A DNA stretch of 64,000 nucleotides from the human T2T-CHM13v2.0 reference genome, Homo sapiens. How positions within the stretch are numbered: position 1 is the stretch's first letter; each line of letters begins with the position of its first letter. Positions 14,051-29,971 of the stretch are shown here, piece by piece. Under the pieces are notes generated by a model that was not told the DNA's origin, did not search any database, and was given only the letters and a program-made list of their open reading frames with translations. The translations under genes were made by a program, and so were the position numbers. The DNA lies in NCBI RefSeq assembly GCF_009914755.1, contig NC_060936.1. One strand, 5' to 3'.

Positions 14051-15169
14051 AGCTAAAACACATCTCTGATCTGTTACAGCAGAGACAACTGCCTTTTGGT
14101 GGGCAAAGGGATCTGAGCGAGGTCACATAGCTAGGAAGTGTCTGGCAGAGCTGGAATAGGCACCAGGTTAGTGTGACTCAGCCTGAGCACTTCACCTACA
14201 CCCCAGGCTGAATTATCTCTCGGCAGCTAAGCCCTACTGGCCTGGGCCAGAGAATCATACAAGGCTTTAGCAACTTACCTGTTAAATAAATGGTTAACAT
14301 CACAAACACTACCCCGGGCCTCCTCTGCTGTCCCATCTCCTCCTGATGGTGTTGGCATCTGAGCTCCCAGTGCCTACTGAGCTGAGGAGCTTCCTAGCAG
14401 AAATGGAAGCAAACTGAGAGCTGGCACGCAGGTTACACATTCAGTAGAAACATGATTTTCAAGCCACAGAGCAGTCAGGGGCACTCCAGGGCATGAATCC
14501 CAGGCGCTAGTTCCTAGAGGGGCAAAAAACTGCCCTGGCCCTTGCTCTGCCACTTTCAGGCTGTTTGACCTCAGGAAGATCCCTAAACATCTCTGAGCTT
14601 CGGCTCCCTCATCTGTAAAATGGGAAAGTAATACCTTGCCCTGTCTATGTCTTCAAGTTGTAGGGAAAACTGTGAAACTGCTTCGAGAGGTGTATACATA
14701 CCTTGCAAATCCATAATGTGCTATTTTTATTACTTTGGTGGCTCAGATAACTAATAAGATATGCAGAGTCTAAGCATGCCCTTTCTAAGAAGTCAGACAT
14801 GCCTTTGGTTTTTACTGCAGACCAAGCAGCCAGATCTAGACGTGACAAACTTGCAGAAGGCATCTCTGTCATTTTTGTCAGCCATTTTTTTTTCACTAAA
14901 GTTTTGGGTGACAGTCAACAGGATGTCTTTATTTCACAGATGGCAAAGTCACATACACAAAGACACACAGTTATACACAGTTACATTTATAGACAAACAC
15001 ATGGAAACACAGATGGACACACCCAGACATACACATAGTCACATGACAGACAATCAGAGAGGTACACAAGTGACATTAAACTGAATAACTGAATCTGGAT
15101 GGGGACCTTTTCTGTTTTTAAAGCTGCATCCTCAGACCCTAAAGCAGTTCCAGGTACATGAAGTAGTAT

Positions 15170-15940
15170 TTGTCAAATGAACAAGTAAGAGAATGAATAA
15201 ATAAAGGAATGAATAGATGGATGGATAGGTGGATGAATGGATGAATAGATTGTTGGTTAGGTAGATGGATGGATGAATGGCTGAATGGTTAGATGGATGA
15301 ATGGATGAATGGTTAGTTGGACAAATGGATGGATGGATGGATGGATGGATGGATGGATGGATGGATGGATGGTTAGATGGTTAGTTGGATGGATGAACAG
15401 ATGGAAGGAAGGACAGATGGATGGATGGATGGATGGATGGATGGATGGATGGATGGATGAATGCATAGATGGTTGGCTGAGTGGTTGGTTGGTTAGTTGG
15501 ATGGATAAACGGATGGATGGATGGTTGGATGATTGGATGGACGGATGAATAGATGAATAGTTAGATGGATGGATGGATGAGTGGATGAACGGATGGATGG
15601 ATGGATAGATGAATGAATGGTTGGATGGGTGGATGATGGATAGATGGTTGCTTAGACAGATAGATGGATGGATGGATAGATGAATGAATGGATGATTGGG
15701 TGGATGGTTAGATGGCTGGATAGATGGTTGCTTAGACAGATGGATGGATGGATGGATGGTTAGATGGAGGGATGGATGGATACATGATTGGTTGGATTGA
15801 TGGATGGATGATTGAGAGATGGCTAGTTAGATGGATGAATAGATGGTTGCTTAGACAGATGGATGGATGGATGGATGGATGGATGGATGGATGGTTAAAT
15901 GGATGAATGGATGGTTAAATGGATGAATGAATAAATAAAT
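15170..15940 (+). repeat. (TGGA)n degenerate tetranucleotide array, ~750 bp
   Basis: direct inspection. Confidence 0.95.
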
Positions 15941-16125
15941 GAATATACACACAGTCCAGCTTTCATACACACACATGCAGACATACCTAGGAACAATATC
16001 ACATATGAACATATACAAACACCCCCAAACACACTTTATCATCCTCAGATCCTGTTGGTCCTGCATACATCTCCCTACCATGCTCCCCTTCAAAAGACCC
16101 TCAGGTCTCTCTCCCCCATCCCCAG

Positions 16126-16282
16126 GCACCGCGGCCGGTCCCCTGAGGAAGGGCAGAAGTCCCGCCGAAGGCACTCCCGCCGCTGCTCCAAGACCCTCTG
16201 CAAGGACAGCCCTGAGGCCCAGTCCAGTCGCCCGCCCAGTCAACCCCTCCAGATGCTTGGCTACCTGTCAGCCAGGGGTGTA
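16126..16282 (+). CDS. SRRM4: SRRM4 exon (probably 8), 157 nt: HRGRSPEEGQKSRRRHSRR...QMLGYLSARGV
   Basis: ccccag| acceptor, GTA|gtaagt donor; within ORF 16055..16420; ends in phase 0. Confidence 0.95.
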
Positions 16283-18715
16283 GTAAGTATTCTTCACAGC
16301 CTCCTCTGCCAGCCTTGGCCACGACACTTGGGGAATGTGGAGGCACAAGTTCAGGGCAGTGTATGGTACACTTTAATTCAATTTCTGACAAAATATCCCA
16401 CTGGCTCCAGACCTCATTAATGATGAACCAAATGATCATTCACCAGACTTTGGCAACACTGGCTTGGGGATTTTGGGGGGCAGGGGGAGAAAAACTAAAT
16501 ACCCAGTCTTTTTATCAGGGGAATGTTGACAAATAAATACCTGTCTCCAGAGTGATATCTGCAGGAAGACATGTTTAAGATACCATAGGAGGATTTTTTG
16601 TTTGTTTGTTTGTTTTTGGGAGAGAAAGGAAAAGAAGGGCTCTTTGACATAACAGAGGCACTCCAGCTTTTACATGAAGTCTGCATCTTTTATGCCAGCT
16701 GGCTGGCAGCATTGGTTGGCAGCTGGGATTTCATTTCACCTATAAACATGACCTTGAATTTATATGAGAATTTTCTTCCAAGGAGGTCATAGCTCTTGAC
16801 CTACATCCTCTCATGTAGCCACACAAGGTCTTGGGAGTTGAGGGCACAGCTGTTCTCACTAGTCCCTTCTACAGATAGGAAAGAAGAATCAAGGCTCAGA
16901 GAGGTTAAGGGCTGGGGTAAAGCCCCAGAGCAAGGCAAGAGTTAATCCAATTTAGCAACCCAGCATTGAATAGAATTAAGCAGTGCTGCCCCAAGTCAAC
17001 AAGGACAAGCTGGAATTTGACTTCATATAGTTTGACACCATGAGCAAGAGACTTAGAAATGGATCTGAATTCAGTCCTAGCTTGGCCACTTCCTAGCTGT
17101 GTGGCTTTGGGCAAATTACTTAATCTCCATTTTCTCATTGGTAAACTTGAAGTAAATACCACTTCCGTATGGAATTGTTGGGACTATCCAATAAGATAAA
17201 GTACGTGAAGGCCTTTTGTAGACTCTAAAGAGACAGACGAACAGGAAGAGAGTCAACATTGATAGGGTCTACAATTGCAGCAGGCAGCTGTGAAAGGGAC
17301 TGTTTTCTCTAGCTACATGTGAACTTGAAAATTTCAGGTAGATGGTGCCTAAGGAAGGGTGAGGTGGAAGCAAGGAAAAGTTCAGGGGTGCTTGTGGGGA
17401 TGTCAAGAAAGGGAAAGCAATGACAACGGTTGGGCCTGGTTGACACAATAATTATCTGCAGTGCATTCCAGGAATCTTCTTTACCAGTCAAGGCACCCAG
17501 CATAACCAAGGTCTAATTTTACCCAAATCCTCTGCCTACCTGGAACCATCTGCAACTGTCCCCAGACTCCTTCTTGGTAGAGATGTCTGTGGTTACTGAG
17601 TCCTTGCAGATGGCAAATGCCCATCTGCGTACTCTCTCTCTCACAAATATCCAAAAAGGGGTCTTCCCAGCAAGATAGAAAGTATAGAGGCCTAGATTTG
17701 AGTCTTGTTTTGGCTGGACTTGTCATTTTACCCCTCTCAACCTCAGCTTTCTCACCTGAGAAATGGGCATGATTATCCCGCTTGTCTCCCAGGAGGATTG
17801 TGGCAAAGGTAAAGATAAATTTGAAATATGAGCATTAAGAGGTAGAGGAATGTTTTTAAGTTAGTAAAGGATGCCTAATTGCTCTGGTCATGGTATTTGT
17901 GGTGGTCCATCTGGAGGTCCCAATTGACCCTAGCTAAAAAGTGCCATTGGAAGCAACTGGCTTATACATTCTTACATGTCTGGGATGGTTTTCCAACAAG
18001 ATATGTCTGTCAAGATGTTACAAAAAGCTGGGTCTGTCCTCCCACACAAGCTGGGGAGGTTACCAGATTGGCTATTGGTAGTTTGCTTTCCTAAAACACA
18101 TGGGTTCTTAATGGCTTTGAGGTGCAATGCCTCACTGTTCTTCATGAGCCTGGCCCTATCAGAAGAGCTAAAAACCAGGGTTCACCTGTACCTATAAGAG
18201 AGGCCTTAAGAGCTCAGCTAGCCTAATGCTCTGATTACTAAGAAAGGAAACTGAGATTCACAGAAAGGAAATGATTCACATGGGCCATGGCAAGGCAGAG
18301 TTATTTAAAAACATGGAATTATTAATTCGTGGTCACATCATGTCCCTGAGATAGTAGTAATTACTTAAATGTTTCTGAGCTGTACTTTCCTCATCTGTAA
18401 GAAATAATAATAAAATAATAATAATATAGATAATAACAGTCTCTTCTTCAGAAGGCAGCTGTTGAGCCCAGTACTTGATACAGGTGCAAAACTTGACAAA
18501 TAATATGATGACAACATTCCAGATCCTGGCTCTGCACTTACCAGCTGTGACTCCTTGAGCAAGTTTCTGTGTCTCAGTTTCCTCAAAAACTGCAAAACAA
18601 GGATAGCAATAAGACCTACCTCATAAGATTGTTATGAGAATTCAATGACACAATGTAAGTAAAAGTTTTAGAGTATAACAGGCAAGAAGTAAATGCTGCA
18701 TAATGCTTACTGCTT

Positions 18716-18855
18716 GTGATAGTAACAGCAGTAGAAGTAATAGTGGTGATAGCAGTGGTGATAGTAGTGGTGGTAATAGTAGTGGTGATAGTGGTAGCCA
18801 CAATAGTAGTAGCAGTGGTAATAGCAGTGGTAGTAGTCATAGTAATAGTAGTATT
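18716..18855 (+). repeat. (TAG/TGG/CAG)n degenerate trinucleotide repeat
   Basis: direct inspection; gives rise to the spurious T-rich and S/G-rich ORFs. Confidence 0.9.
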
Positions 18856-21800
18856 GTTCCAGGCATAGGCTGGGCTGGGACTAGAGCCAAGACCCCTGCT
18901 TCCCAGACCAATTTCTTTCTATCCTAAATGGTAGCTGCAGCTCACATGGCTACTCTGCCCCACTTAAGGTTGCCTGGCTCCTGGAAGAATCACATGGCCC
19001 CAGATCTGGTTCTTTGAGTACTCCTCATGCATGGCCCTTTCTCGTCTTCTCTATTACAAAAGCAGAGATGGAAGAAGTTTCCAGATTGGATCAAAGGTTT
19101 TCCAAGGTTCCTAGCCCCAAGTTTTTCTCTCTGTTAAAGCTAACAGCAGAGTCATTTTCATTGAATCACCTGTCTGATCATTCATTTAAGTCTACAAACA
19201 CCTATGGAGCATCTACAAAGGGTCAGGCTCTGACTTATCTCAGGATCCAATTACTAAGAAAGAAATAGCCTGTGCCTTCTAATGAAGCGAGACAGACAAG
19301 TTAAAAACAGTTAAAGGCAATGCACAACAATTGGTGCTCAGATGCTTATTTGGGGGTGCAAGGTTAGCAGACAGGGGAGGGGACTGGGATTAGGGTTAGG
19401 GTTGGGCAGAGAAGGTAACAATTACCTGAAAAGCTAAGGGTGAGCCAATGAAGGGGGAAAATAAAGACTAGAGTTGAGGGTTGAGATAAAATTCCATGGC
19501 AAGATATGGGCTCTGGAGGTAAAGAGGAGCCCAAGCATGAAGGATTTTCTATGCCATATTTGGTTACAGATATTTCACATGCACAGCTTTTTTAAAAACT
19601 CAAGGACAGTTGCATAATATCAAGGGGCTTATTTACATATATGAATATGCAAATTTGGGGGTTGGTTCTTAATGGAAATCTTAGTTGGTGAGCTAAAGCT
19701 AACCTGAGGCTCTCTTGCTTGGTCAGCACCCAAATCCAAATAGAAGATCCCAAGACAGTTTACCTCACACATGGTCCTTATCTTCACTCCACCATCTCTG
19801 TTCAAGGTACTGGGGAGGCAGAGAGATTGTAAAAAAAAAAAAAAAAGAAGAAAAGAAAAAAAAAAACACTCTTCCTGAACTCCAGGGGCTCACAGTCTAG
19901 TAGTCAGAAGAATGCTGCAATATAGTGTGATCATTTTGTAATCAGGGCTGGGATTGAGTCAGGAGCACCAGTACTTTCTCCAGTTGTTAAAATATTCAAA
20001 TACTTTCATGCCAGTTGGTAAATAGGCCCTGTCATTACCTCACCCAACCCCAGTCAACCTAGCCATCCCTTCTCTCCCTTGGCACTTTCTGGATCTTCTC
20101 AAAATCCTGAAACAGAAAAGTGACACTTACTTCCCTTCAGCATCAAAGCCAGCTTCCTCTGTGGTGGGGCAGTACCCACAACGAACTAGTTATCGAATAT
20201 TGTGAATGTCACTCCTGGCAGTGATGAAAGCAACTACAGTGTGTAATGGAAGCACAGAGTAAGGGCCAGACAATGTTGTCCTGATGTCTGAGAAGGCTTT
20301 ACCAATAAAGGATCATTTGAGCTGGGCTTTGAAGGATGCATAGGAGTTCATTGGGTTGCAATTGTTGATGGACAGAAGGAGGGGAAAACACCACTATGTG
20401 TCAGGCACTGTCACATACTTTACATAATTTTTGCCTCATTTGGTACCTAAAACAGTTATTTGAAGTAGGTGCAATTATTATCACCATTTCGAAGATGGGA
20501 AAATAGGCCCTGTGAGGTGCTGGTACCTAGGAATGTAACAAAATTGGGAGAAAGGGGAACTGTTATGAGTTGTGGTTTGTGCCTTGAAAGCTTACCCTGA
20601 TAGTTGGCATGGAGGGTGGGCTGGATGATGGGAAGGTGGATTGGATGATGGAGAGGCTCATGGCTCCAAGGATTAGCCAAGCCCTTTCCCTGTGATATGG
20701 GGCTCTCTATCAAGTCTATCATAACCAGAGAGGAATTCTAGAAGGAGGCTGATCAAGTCTGGAGCTGGGCCAAAGATAATGGCAGGTTTCTTGTTCCTCT
20801 TCTTGCCTCCAGCCTGGGCCAATAGTTGCTAATCCTTGTCAACAAAAACCTGTACAAATGTCGAAACCAAAAACAATAATAATAAAAGCAGAACTCGTAG
20901 TCCATAAAAGAGGATCTCATGAAATTTGTAAACTGGAAGAGGCAATATGATTAAGACATGAACTTTGGAATGGATCTGGGCACCCTGGAGTTCTTGATCT
21001 CTCCCTGTGAGACCCTAGGTGACAGCAATAACTAATGCCTGTTGAGCACCTGCCATGCACCAGGTGTTTACTGAGCACCTACTATGCACCAGGTGCTAGG
21101 CCAATTCTTTACATGTATCATCATCATTGCATTTAATTTTATAATAGCTTTTCAATGGAGCTTCCATGAATATGTCCACTTTATGATAAGGAAACCCAGC
21201 CAAGAAAAAATAAGTAAAAAGCAGCTATTCAACAGAGAAGCTAGGGTTTGAATCCAGGGAGTCTGACCTCAGAGTCCACATGTTTAATTACATGACCTCC
21301 TCTGTGCCATTTCACGTCTTTGGGCCTCATATCCTTATCTGTGCCTTGGGCTAATAATAATCATACCTACTTATAGGATTGTTATGAGGATAGAGTAAGA
21401 TAAGGTATCCATTCATTTCAAAAATAAACACTAAGCATCTACTGTCCTGCCCTCATGTAGCTTATGCTCTGTGTGAAAAAAAGTATCCCAATGCTTGGGA
21501 CATAACCCTCAAAGTATCCTAGTTGCCATAATATTTTTTGTCATCATAGCAGCTTTACTAAACTTATCCCAAATAAACCCAGATATGATGTTCTCGGAGT
21601 ATCTTTAGCCTCAAAAAGCTGAATCCATCCAAGATCGCAGGTGAACTTCACAACAACCCCAGGAGAAAGGCGAGATGGGAATATGCTTCCCCCTTTGTAG
21701 ATAGGGAAAATAGGGCTGAGGGAGAATCTGGATGGCTCAGGCCTTCTGACCCCTAGTCCAGGTGCTTGCACATTCTGCAAAGCCTTTGAGCTCTTGCTCA

Positions 21801-23033
21801 ACTGGGAGACACAATATCCAACATTCAATACCATCATCATAGTTGAGAGAAGGGAGGAACCAAAGTACAGAAGGTGGATGAAATGAGATTTGGGGATTTT
21901 CTGGGCCATTGGTTTTTGTTTGTTTTGTTTTGTTTTGTTTTGTTTAATGGGAAGTGACATAGCATTGTCAACTTTTACTTTTGCCAAGGAAGAACAGAAA
22001 AAACCACCATTTTCTATCACTAAAGGGAGATTTTACCATCAGAAGAAGTAGGAAAGACACGACCTTGGAAGAAAAAAATGAGTCTTCAAATCGAAAGTAT
22101 TTAGCAGGATGAAAAACTAATTACATTGAACTTATTTTTTCTTGTTTCAATTTGGGCTGGTGATAATGTATCTAACTGGGTCCCGGTGGGGATTTCTGAG
22201 AACAGGTGGGCAGGGGGTCCTCAGGAGAGGCTTCAAAGAAAGGGTGAGCCTGAAGCTGTCATTCCCTCTGGCTCCTGCTTAAGGAAAATAATAAGGAGGC
22301 CAGAACACCTCTGCCTACCAAAGGTTCAATGCAGTGCACAGCCCCATGGGATAGCCCCAGCCCTAAAGGACTTTGTTGTCTTCCCACAATGCCCGGCACA
22401 TCTCCCTTCTCTTTCTCCATCTCCTCCTCCTCCCAGATGAACTCCTACCAGGTCAATGAATCCATTCTTTTGCTGTCTTCCTAATTAGTGCACTAAGGAA
22501 GATGAACAACAGAAAGGAAAATAAACTTAATGTCTTTGTGAAACAAAAGCTTTTTTTTTTTTAAGGAATAACCAGAACCCTCTAGCTAAAAGCTCTACCA
22601 TACAGCTCCACACTCACATGAGAATTTCCAGTCTCCCATATGGCAGGGAAGAAAAAAAAATGTATAGCCGCCTCTCTCTATGGGGCCATTTGAAGCTCAG
22701 TAAATGGACTTGTTCAGTTTAATTGGAATTCTCTTCTTGATTGTATTTTTGTAACCTATTAGGCCGTGCTGCCTCTTGATCTTAGAATTCAGCTGAAATT
22801 AAATTTTGAAGTGTAAGTGAGAGGTTGCCTTTTTTCCCCGTTCTTGATTAAATAATGATTTGAAACAAAAACAATAAATAACAGTGCCGGCTTCCCTGGA
22901 GGGCTGAGAGAGACTCCCAGTGAAACGCCAGGGAGCTGGAGTTCGTGGTGGGGGGATTTAACTACTTATTAGAAAAACCTGAATGTGAACACTGAGTATA
23001 TTAAGGAACAAGGAGATGAGGCGAGGTTTGGAG

Positions 23034-23035
<2 letters not shown>

Positions 23036-23068
<33 letters not shown>
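23036..23068 (+). repeat. (GA)n microsatellite
   Basis: direct inspection. Confidence 0.95.
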
Positions 23069-23072
<4 letters not shown>

Positions 23073-23809
23073 TACTGGAGCTTCACATTGGAAGGGGTTG
23101 AGGGAGTAAAAAGGGAAATAGTTCACTTCCCCCCAATGGCCTTGAGTTCATGAAAAACATTTTGTATTTAAAATTTTTAAAATTAAATTTTAAAATGTCT
23201 GAGATTGACTACCCTGACCCAGAGAGAAAGAGTTTATAATAACTCTGATGTCTGGATATGGTTTAATGGATCCGGTCTCCTGGTTCCTTTCATTGACAAA
23301 AGTCCAAGAGGGATTAAAAAGGTCGAGATGGGAGAGATGGAGCAATACACTTCACAGATCTGGAAGGAAGAGATGAAACATACAAGATGTACCAGGTTTA
23401 TGTTACTCACAGAGGGATCAGAGTGGCAACAAACTTTTAGAACAGAGGGTCTCCAACTTAGAGGTCTTGGTGGCCAGCTAATAGATATGAGTAACAATGA
23501 TCTCGTGGGGTTTGGGGTCAGGAGAGCTCATGCCCCATCTAAAAGGGGCAGCTGTAATTGCTCTCAGCTGATTCTTGCCAGGCAGGGATTTGGGCCCAGT
23601 GTTGCCAGATCTTATTTTTCAACAGAAACTGGAAATGGGGTTGTTACATGAAACCTCCCATTCTACCAACGTTGGCAGTTAATTCCAGTTTACTTCCTGA
23701 CATACTAAGGGAGCTAACGAAAGCATGTCTGAAACAAAGCATAACTCGGCTCACCGGTTTTCCAGTGTTGACCTGGGGTACTGAAGCAGATAGTGTCCAT
23801 ATATAGATC

Positions 23810-24210
23810 CTCACCCTCTGCACTTCGGGGCGCATGGCTGACTTCCAGCTTCCAGATAGTATTCTCTGGTGCCAAAACCTATTTTCTCTGCCTGTTTGGC
23901 AGTCTGGACATACTAGAGAATTGATGCTCCAGTGTTCAGCCTTGAGTGATGGGGAACTGGTGTATAAATATCCCAGCTCCCTCACTCCTTGGTTGAGGTT
24001 AACTCTGGGGTGCATGTTCTACACTGGTTCCCAGGGTGTCCTCACTGAGATTAAGCATCCACTGCCCACTGTAATAGCTGGTTTGATAATGCATCTTTTA
24101 TTGTCTCCCTCTCTCCTCTGCATCATTTCCACACTCCATTACAGAGGTTCCTTGCCCTCTCAAATTATTAGCACTCATTTTCCATCTCGACTTCTAAGAA
24201 TCCAGATTAG
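23810..24210 (+). mobile_element. LTR16-like ERVL solo LTR
   Basis: tataaatatcccagctccctcactcc...gagattaagcatccactgcccac resembles recalled LTR16 consensus. Confidence 0.55.
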
Positions 24211-25309
24211 ACAGGCATTATTTCATTTGGCCATTAAGTAGATCTTGTGGAAGCTGGATTTTCATGCCATACCCCGAAAGTAGGCTTTTATGTAGACATC
24301 ATGGAGGGTGAGGGCTGAGATGGAAGAAGAGGTAAAATTGGACCAAGGAAGAGAACCCTGGTGTAAGGGTTCCAGCTCTTAAAAGGGGGTCCTGGGTACC
24401 TGGAGGGCATTATTACCAGATGACAGAGGATCTGGAGTGGCTCTTGCTAATAAGTATCTTGGGACAAAGAGCAGTTGCATGCACAGAGAGAAACTCCCAA
24501 TGCATGAAGAGGAGCTCTTCAAAGATGAATTATGAGAGGCCTATTATATAAATAAGGAGGCAAAAAGAAGCAAAGGAGAACCATCCTGTTGTATCAATGT
24601 CGGAGGGGGGTGACTGTTTGCACCTTATGTGCCAGAGAGAGTGGCTGACTAGGAAGGCAATACCCAGGGATGGAAGGGCAGAGGCAAGACCATGGGAGGC
24701 CCCTTTTTCAGCCCATCAGATGCTCACAACTCTAATGTCTCCTCTGCACTTCCACGGTCAGACCTCTCCCATCCTGTCTTGGGCTTCCCTCAATTGTATC
24801 TTCTTTCCTCCTCTTCTTGTGGAGTGAATGGAGAGCTCTGCAGAAGGTGGAGTCTGGGGTTTAGGAGACCATTAAACTATCTGAATATCTCTGATGATGA
24901 CTTTGTGAAAATGCTCCTACCACCTGGAAGGATAAACAGAGCACATCAAGATTTGTAAAGACAATACCAAGTAGAGTTCAGCTGAAAAGAAGCAGGAATG
25001 AATGTCTTCAGGTTACCACCTCCTCTCTGCCAGAGGAATCTTCTAAGTAGGCCAGATGGAGTAAGACGATTTACTCACTCCAGATATACCCGCTAGGGAC
25101 ATGATGTCATGCTGGTTGTCCCCTTTGAGAGGGTGACCAGCATGGAGAGCAACTGGCAGATCAAAACCCCCCTGCCCTCCATTTACTAAGCTCTGAATAC
25201 AGATGCAGGACTGCTTCAGCCCAGAAAAAGGTGTACTATCTCTTTTCTAATCTTTCTGGCCAGAAAGGGCACCTTTTTCTAATTCTTGACCCATAAGGAG
25301 CACCTTTTT

Positions 25310-25985
<676 letters not shown>

Positions 25986-26329
25986 TACCTTTTCCTAATA
26001 GGAACAAAGTCACTATGCAGGCTGGCAGCCTTGCTGCATGCAAATGACTGAACTCAGTCCATCTTTGAACTTGAGCTCCCATAGTAGCAGAGAGTGGAAT
26101 AAGAAGTAAGAAGACCCAGCACAGCTTGTTTCATCTGAAAGGTTTTGCAGGTCGGAAACTTCTCACCTGAAGGCTGCAGCTTATGCTGTTGAGAATCTGT
26201 GCAGAGCCTCTGGGTGCTTTCTCCCAGGGTCCTCGGTCTGAGGGGTATCAGGGGGAATGAGAGAAAGAACAGAGGGCTTTCTTTCTCTCTGCCAGGGGTC
26301 TGGACCTCAAACTTTCTTCTAAGACCTTC

Positions 26330-26850
<521 letters not shown>

Positions 26851-29800
26851 GATTCTAGAGGTTCTCTCGAGCTCACACACCCAGCCGAGCTGGTCTTGAG
26901 ACCCCAAGCTTCAGCCAGGGGTCTCCAAGTTTCCTAGAACGATTCTCAGTGTGATGGAGGCTGGTTTCTTCTCAAATTCCCAAAGCTGGCAGACACCCAG
27001 CTGGATCCCACCTGGGCCTGATCACCCAGTTGTCTCTACAATAAATGAAGTCAGGCAGGCCCACAGAGGCTTTCAAAGGACCGGAGAGCAAACTTGTTCA
27101 TTAGGCAAAATTTACTGAGTGCCTACTCTGTGCCAGGCATTGGTGAATGCTGGGGTGCAACATTGAACCAGTCATGGCCCTGCCCTCAGCAAGCTCCAAA
27201 CCCAGTCAGAGAGACGGCCAATAAAATAAGCAACTACTGTACTGAGGAACAGGGCTGTGGCAAACAAATGACACTCATTTTTGAATGAGTGAGTGAATTC
27301 AAGATTCAGTGAATGAATGAAGTGCAGTGTATTGTGCTATCCTGGTCTGGAGGATGAGAGAAGGCTTTCTAGAAGAGGTGATAGGACACCTGGAGGATGA
27401 ATAAATTTAGCCATGTGAAGTGGGGAAGAGAGGAGTATTCTAGGCAGAGGAAATGGCATGTGCAAATGGCCTGGGGTTAGAACAAGATGGGATGGCAGAA
27501 CCAAGAAAACTCGAATCTGAATCAGTCAGCTTAGGCTGTGGGGGCCAGGGTGGGATGGTGTGGAAGAGATGCTATTTGTGAAGTAGGCAGGACCGGGCTG
27601 TAAAAAACACTGTCATCCATGTCAAAGAGTTTAGATCCATTCAAAGAAATGGGATTTTTAAACATGCAGGAGAGGTTGGTATTTTCAGGCACCAAATTTA
27701 ACCCAATGAGAACATTTCAATAGTGCCTTTATCCCTGTTTTCTGGTGATGATGGAAAAGCATAATGCCTTGTAGATTTCTCAGTTCTGACCACACAAGTT
27801 ACATGTGGATAAGTCAGAGCCAGGTGGTGATACTCTGAAAGTATCCCTGTGAGCTCAGAGTGTTGGGTTGAGAAGATGAACAAGGCTAGATCCACTTCTA
27901 TATCCACTAGCCCAGAGGGGCCTCACATTCAAGAAATCCTTGCCTACGGGGATCCATGGTGCACCAGGAAAAATGAAATTCGTAGTCAAGACTAGGAACA
28001 AGTACTTGGGAGAGAAAGGCCCAGCCTGGCAGCCTCCAGGTAGCAAACCACAAGATAATGAAAATTATTGTACTCACAGGCCCCTGTCCTTGAGTTCTTC
28101 CAGCCTAGCTCCCTCCAGGATGGGCTTGTTGGATTCACTTGTAATACACTGGCTACCAACCACTCACCATCTCTGGGGCAAAGATTCCATGATCCCATCT
28201 TTGTACCAAGCCCAAGCCAGAGATCGCAGATCTCAGGGTCTAGTTGCCTGGCATGATACATTCCTGACAGAGGTGGTGGAGATACATGTGTTACCATTGA
28301 ACTCCAGAGTTGAGAAAGATGTGGCATCTAAAATGCAAAACAAGAAGACAAATAAATAGGAGGACTGAATGGGAACAGGGCCTTTACATTATTGTTTTAA
28401 AAGTCTCACTCTAGAAAACTCCACCAGAGCAACCTTATTTTGAGGTCCCTTCTCCCAAAGCAAAGCTATCCAGTGTGCCATGCAGGTAAAGTGGCAGCTG
28501 TGCTGGACAGAACTTGCTAAAGCTAGACTATCACCTTGCCTGTATGCAAAGCCTCCTGGGAGAATCTACAAAGGAATTCCTGCCTCCCCAGCCCCAGGAG
28601 CTGACATCCTGACCACAGGAGTTATGCTATTCTCACAGTTCCAATGTGTCTGTGTTTCACCCTCATGACCAATTGCTGAGAAGGCAGAAATAGTTCTTAA
28701 GAAATTCCAGAAGTAGAAGTCCCCCCTCCTTTAGGGCCAAGATGCACAAGATAAAGTTTGGGGAAAGAGTAGGCTTTTTATGGTGAAAGCTGCCCTAACA
28801 TTTGTGGGGTCAGAGCAAAGGTATAGAAGAAGACCCACAAATTAGATGTCTAAATGTTTATAAATAAGTCAGCAAACTTAATATGTTCTCTTATCTTGGT
28901 CAACATACCTTCAAAATGATCTGAAAGTTAGTTATGAATTTAGACCCTTGGACCATTTCAGAGTGCCAGGATATGACATGGCAGTGGCGGGAGAATCTGG
29001 CCCTGGAACCATCCCTTTCTCTCTCTGCATCTGGCACATCCAACACCATGATGGGGCTTACACACATGCATATAGACCCCTCAGCCTGAACATCCAAGTT
29101 CTGTCCAAATAGCTACCCTTGGACCTAGAAGTGTGGACACTTGAAGCATGGTCTACCTGCAGGAGAATGGATCCATGGATGAGGTCTACAGAGACCTGGA
29201 AAGTGGCATAGGAGTCATTTAAACAGAGAATTTTGGGATCTCAGGTACCCAGAGAGTGGTTAAGGCGGGCAGCAGTCTTAAGGGGGTGCCTTCTTGGTCC
29301 CCCAGATTTCTCATCCCATAGGGATGGTTATCTCTGGAGAAGGCCCAGGGCAGGGGTCCCTCCCATCCGCAGCTAAGCATGGTACTGCTGGCAGAGGCCA
29401 GCATCAAACTTAACTGTGTCATCCCAGCCACAACAGGTCTGAATATTTAAAGAAACCCCTCGCCATCCTGCTTCTAAACGCGTGCCCGCCTTCCCAAGTG
29501 CTGGCTTTCCATCGCCTCCTTTACTCCTTCATTGGTCCTAGATCAGCCCTAGACAGGGTTCTCGGGGCCCCTCTTTATTCCCAGTCACCCCAAAGCCCAA
29601 TTTCCAAGCCCCTTCCAAAGCCCTCTGTTGCAAGCGCATCCTCCCTCCCTCGTGCCCCCTCAATATTCACACCTAGGTAGTAGATGCAATACTCTAGCTG
29701 CCACTGGCATGTTCCACAAGGGTTTCCTGCTCCAACTTGGGCCCTAAGGGATTGATTAGGTTGGCTAGGTTAGGTCCCCTTTATGACAAAACCAAAACAG

Positions 29801-29971
29801 AATTGATGCCCCCACCCGTCAAGGGCACTTAAAAAACCAAAACTCAAAGTTCAGGGCCAAGTTTGAGGATGTGCAGAAAGGTGTGTGTTTTTTCTTGTCA
29901 ATTGCGACTCTAATGATGGACTCACGTTGCCCGCTCTTCCCTTTCTCTTACACCTTACCTACCTACTAAAG

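Noticed and set aside
15257-15548. WMDG/HPSI repeat ORFs and a superficially CRISPR-like periodic array
   Set aside because: Simple (TGGA)n repeat with no unique spacers; human DNA with no cas genes
16101-16125. In-frame upstream CAG acceptor 21 nt before the 157-nt exon
   Set aside because: Poor pyrimidine tract with an intervening AG; no supporting evidence
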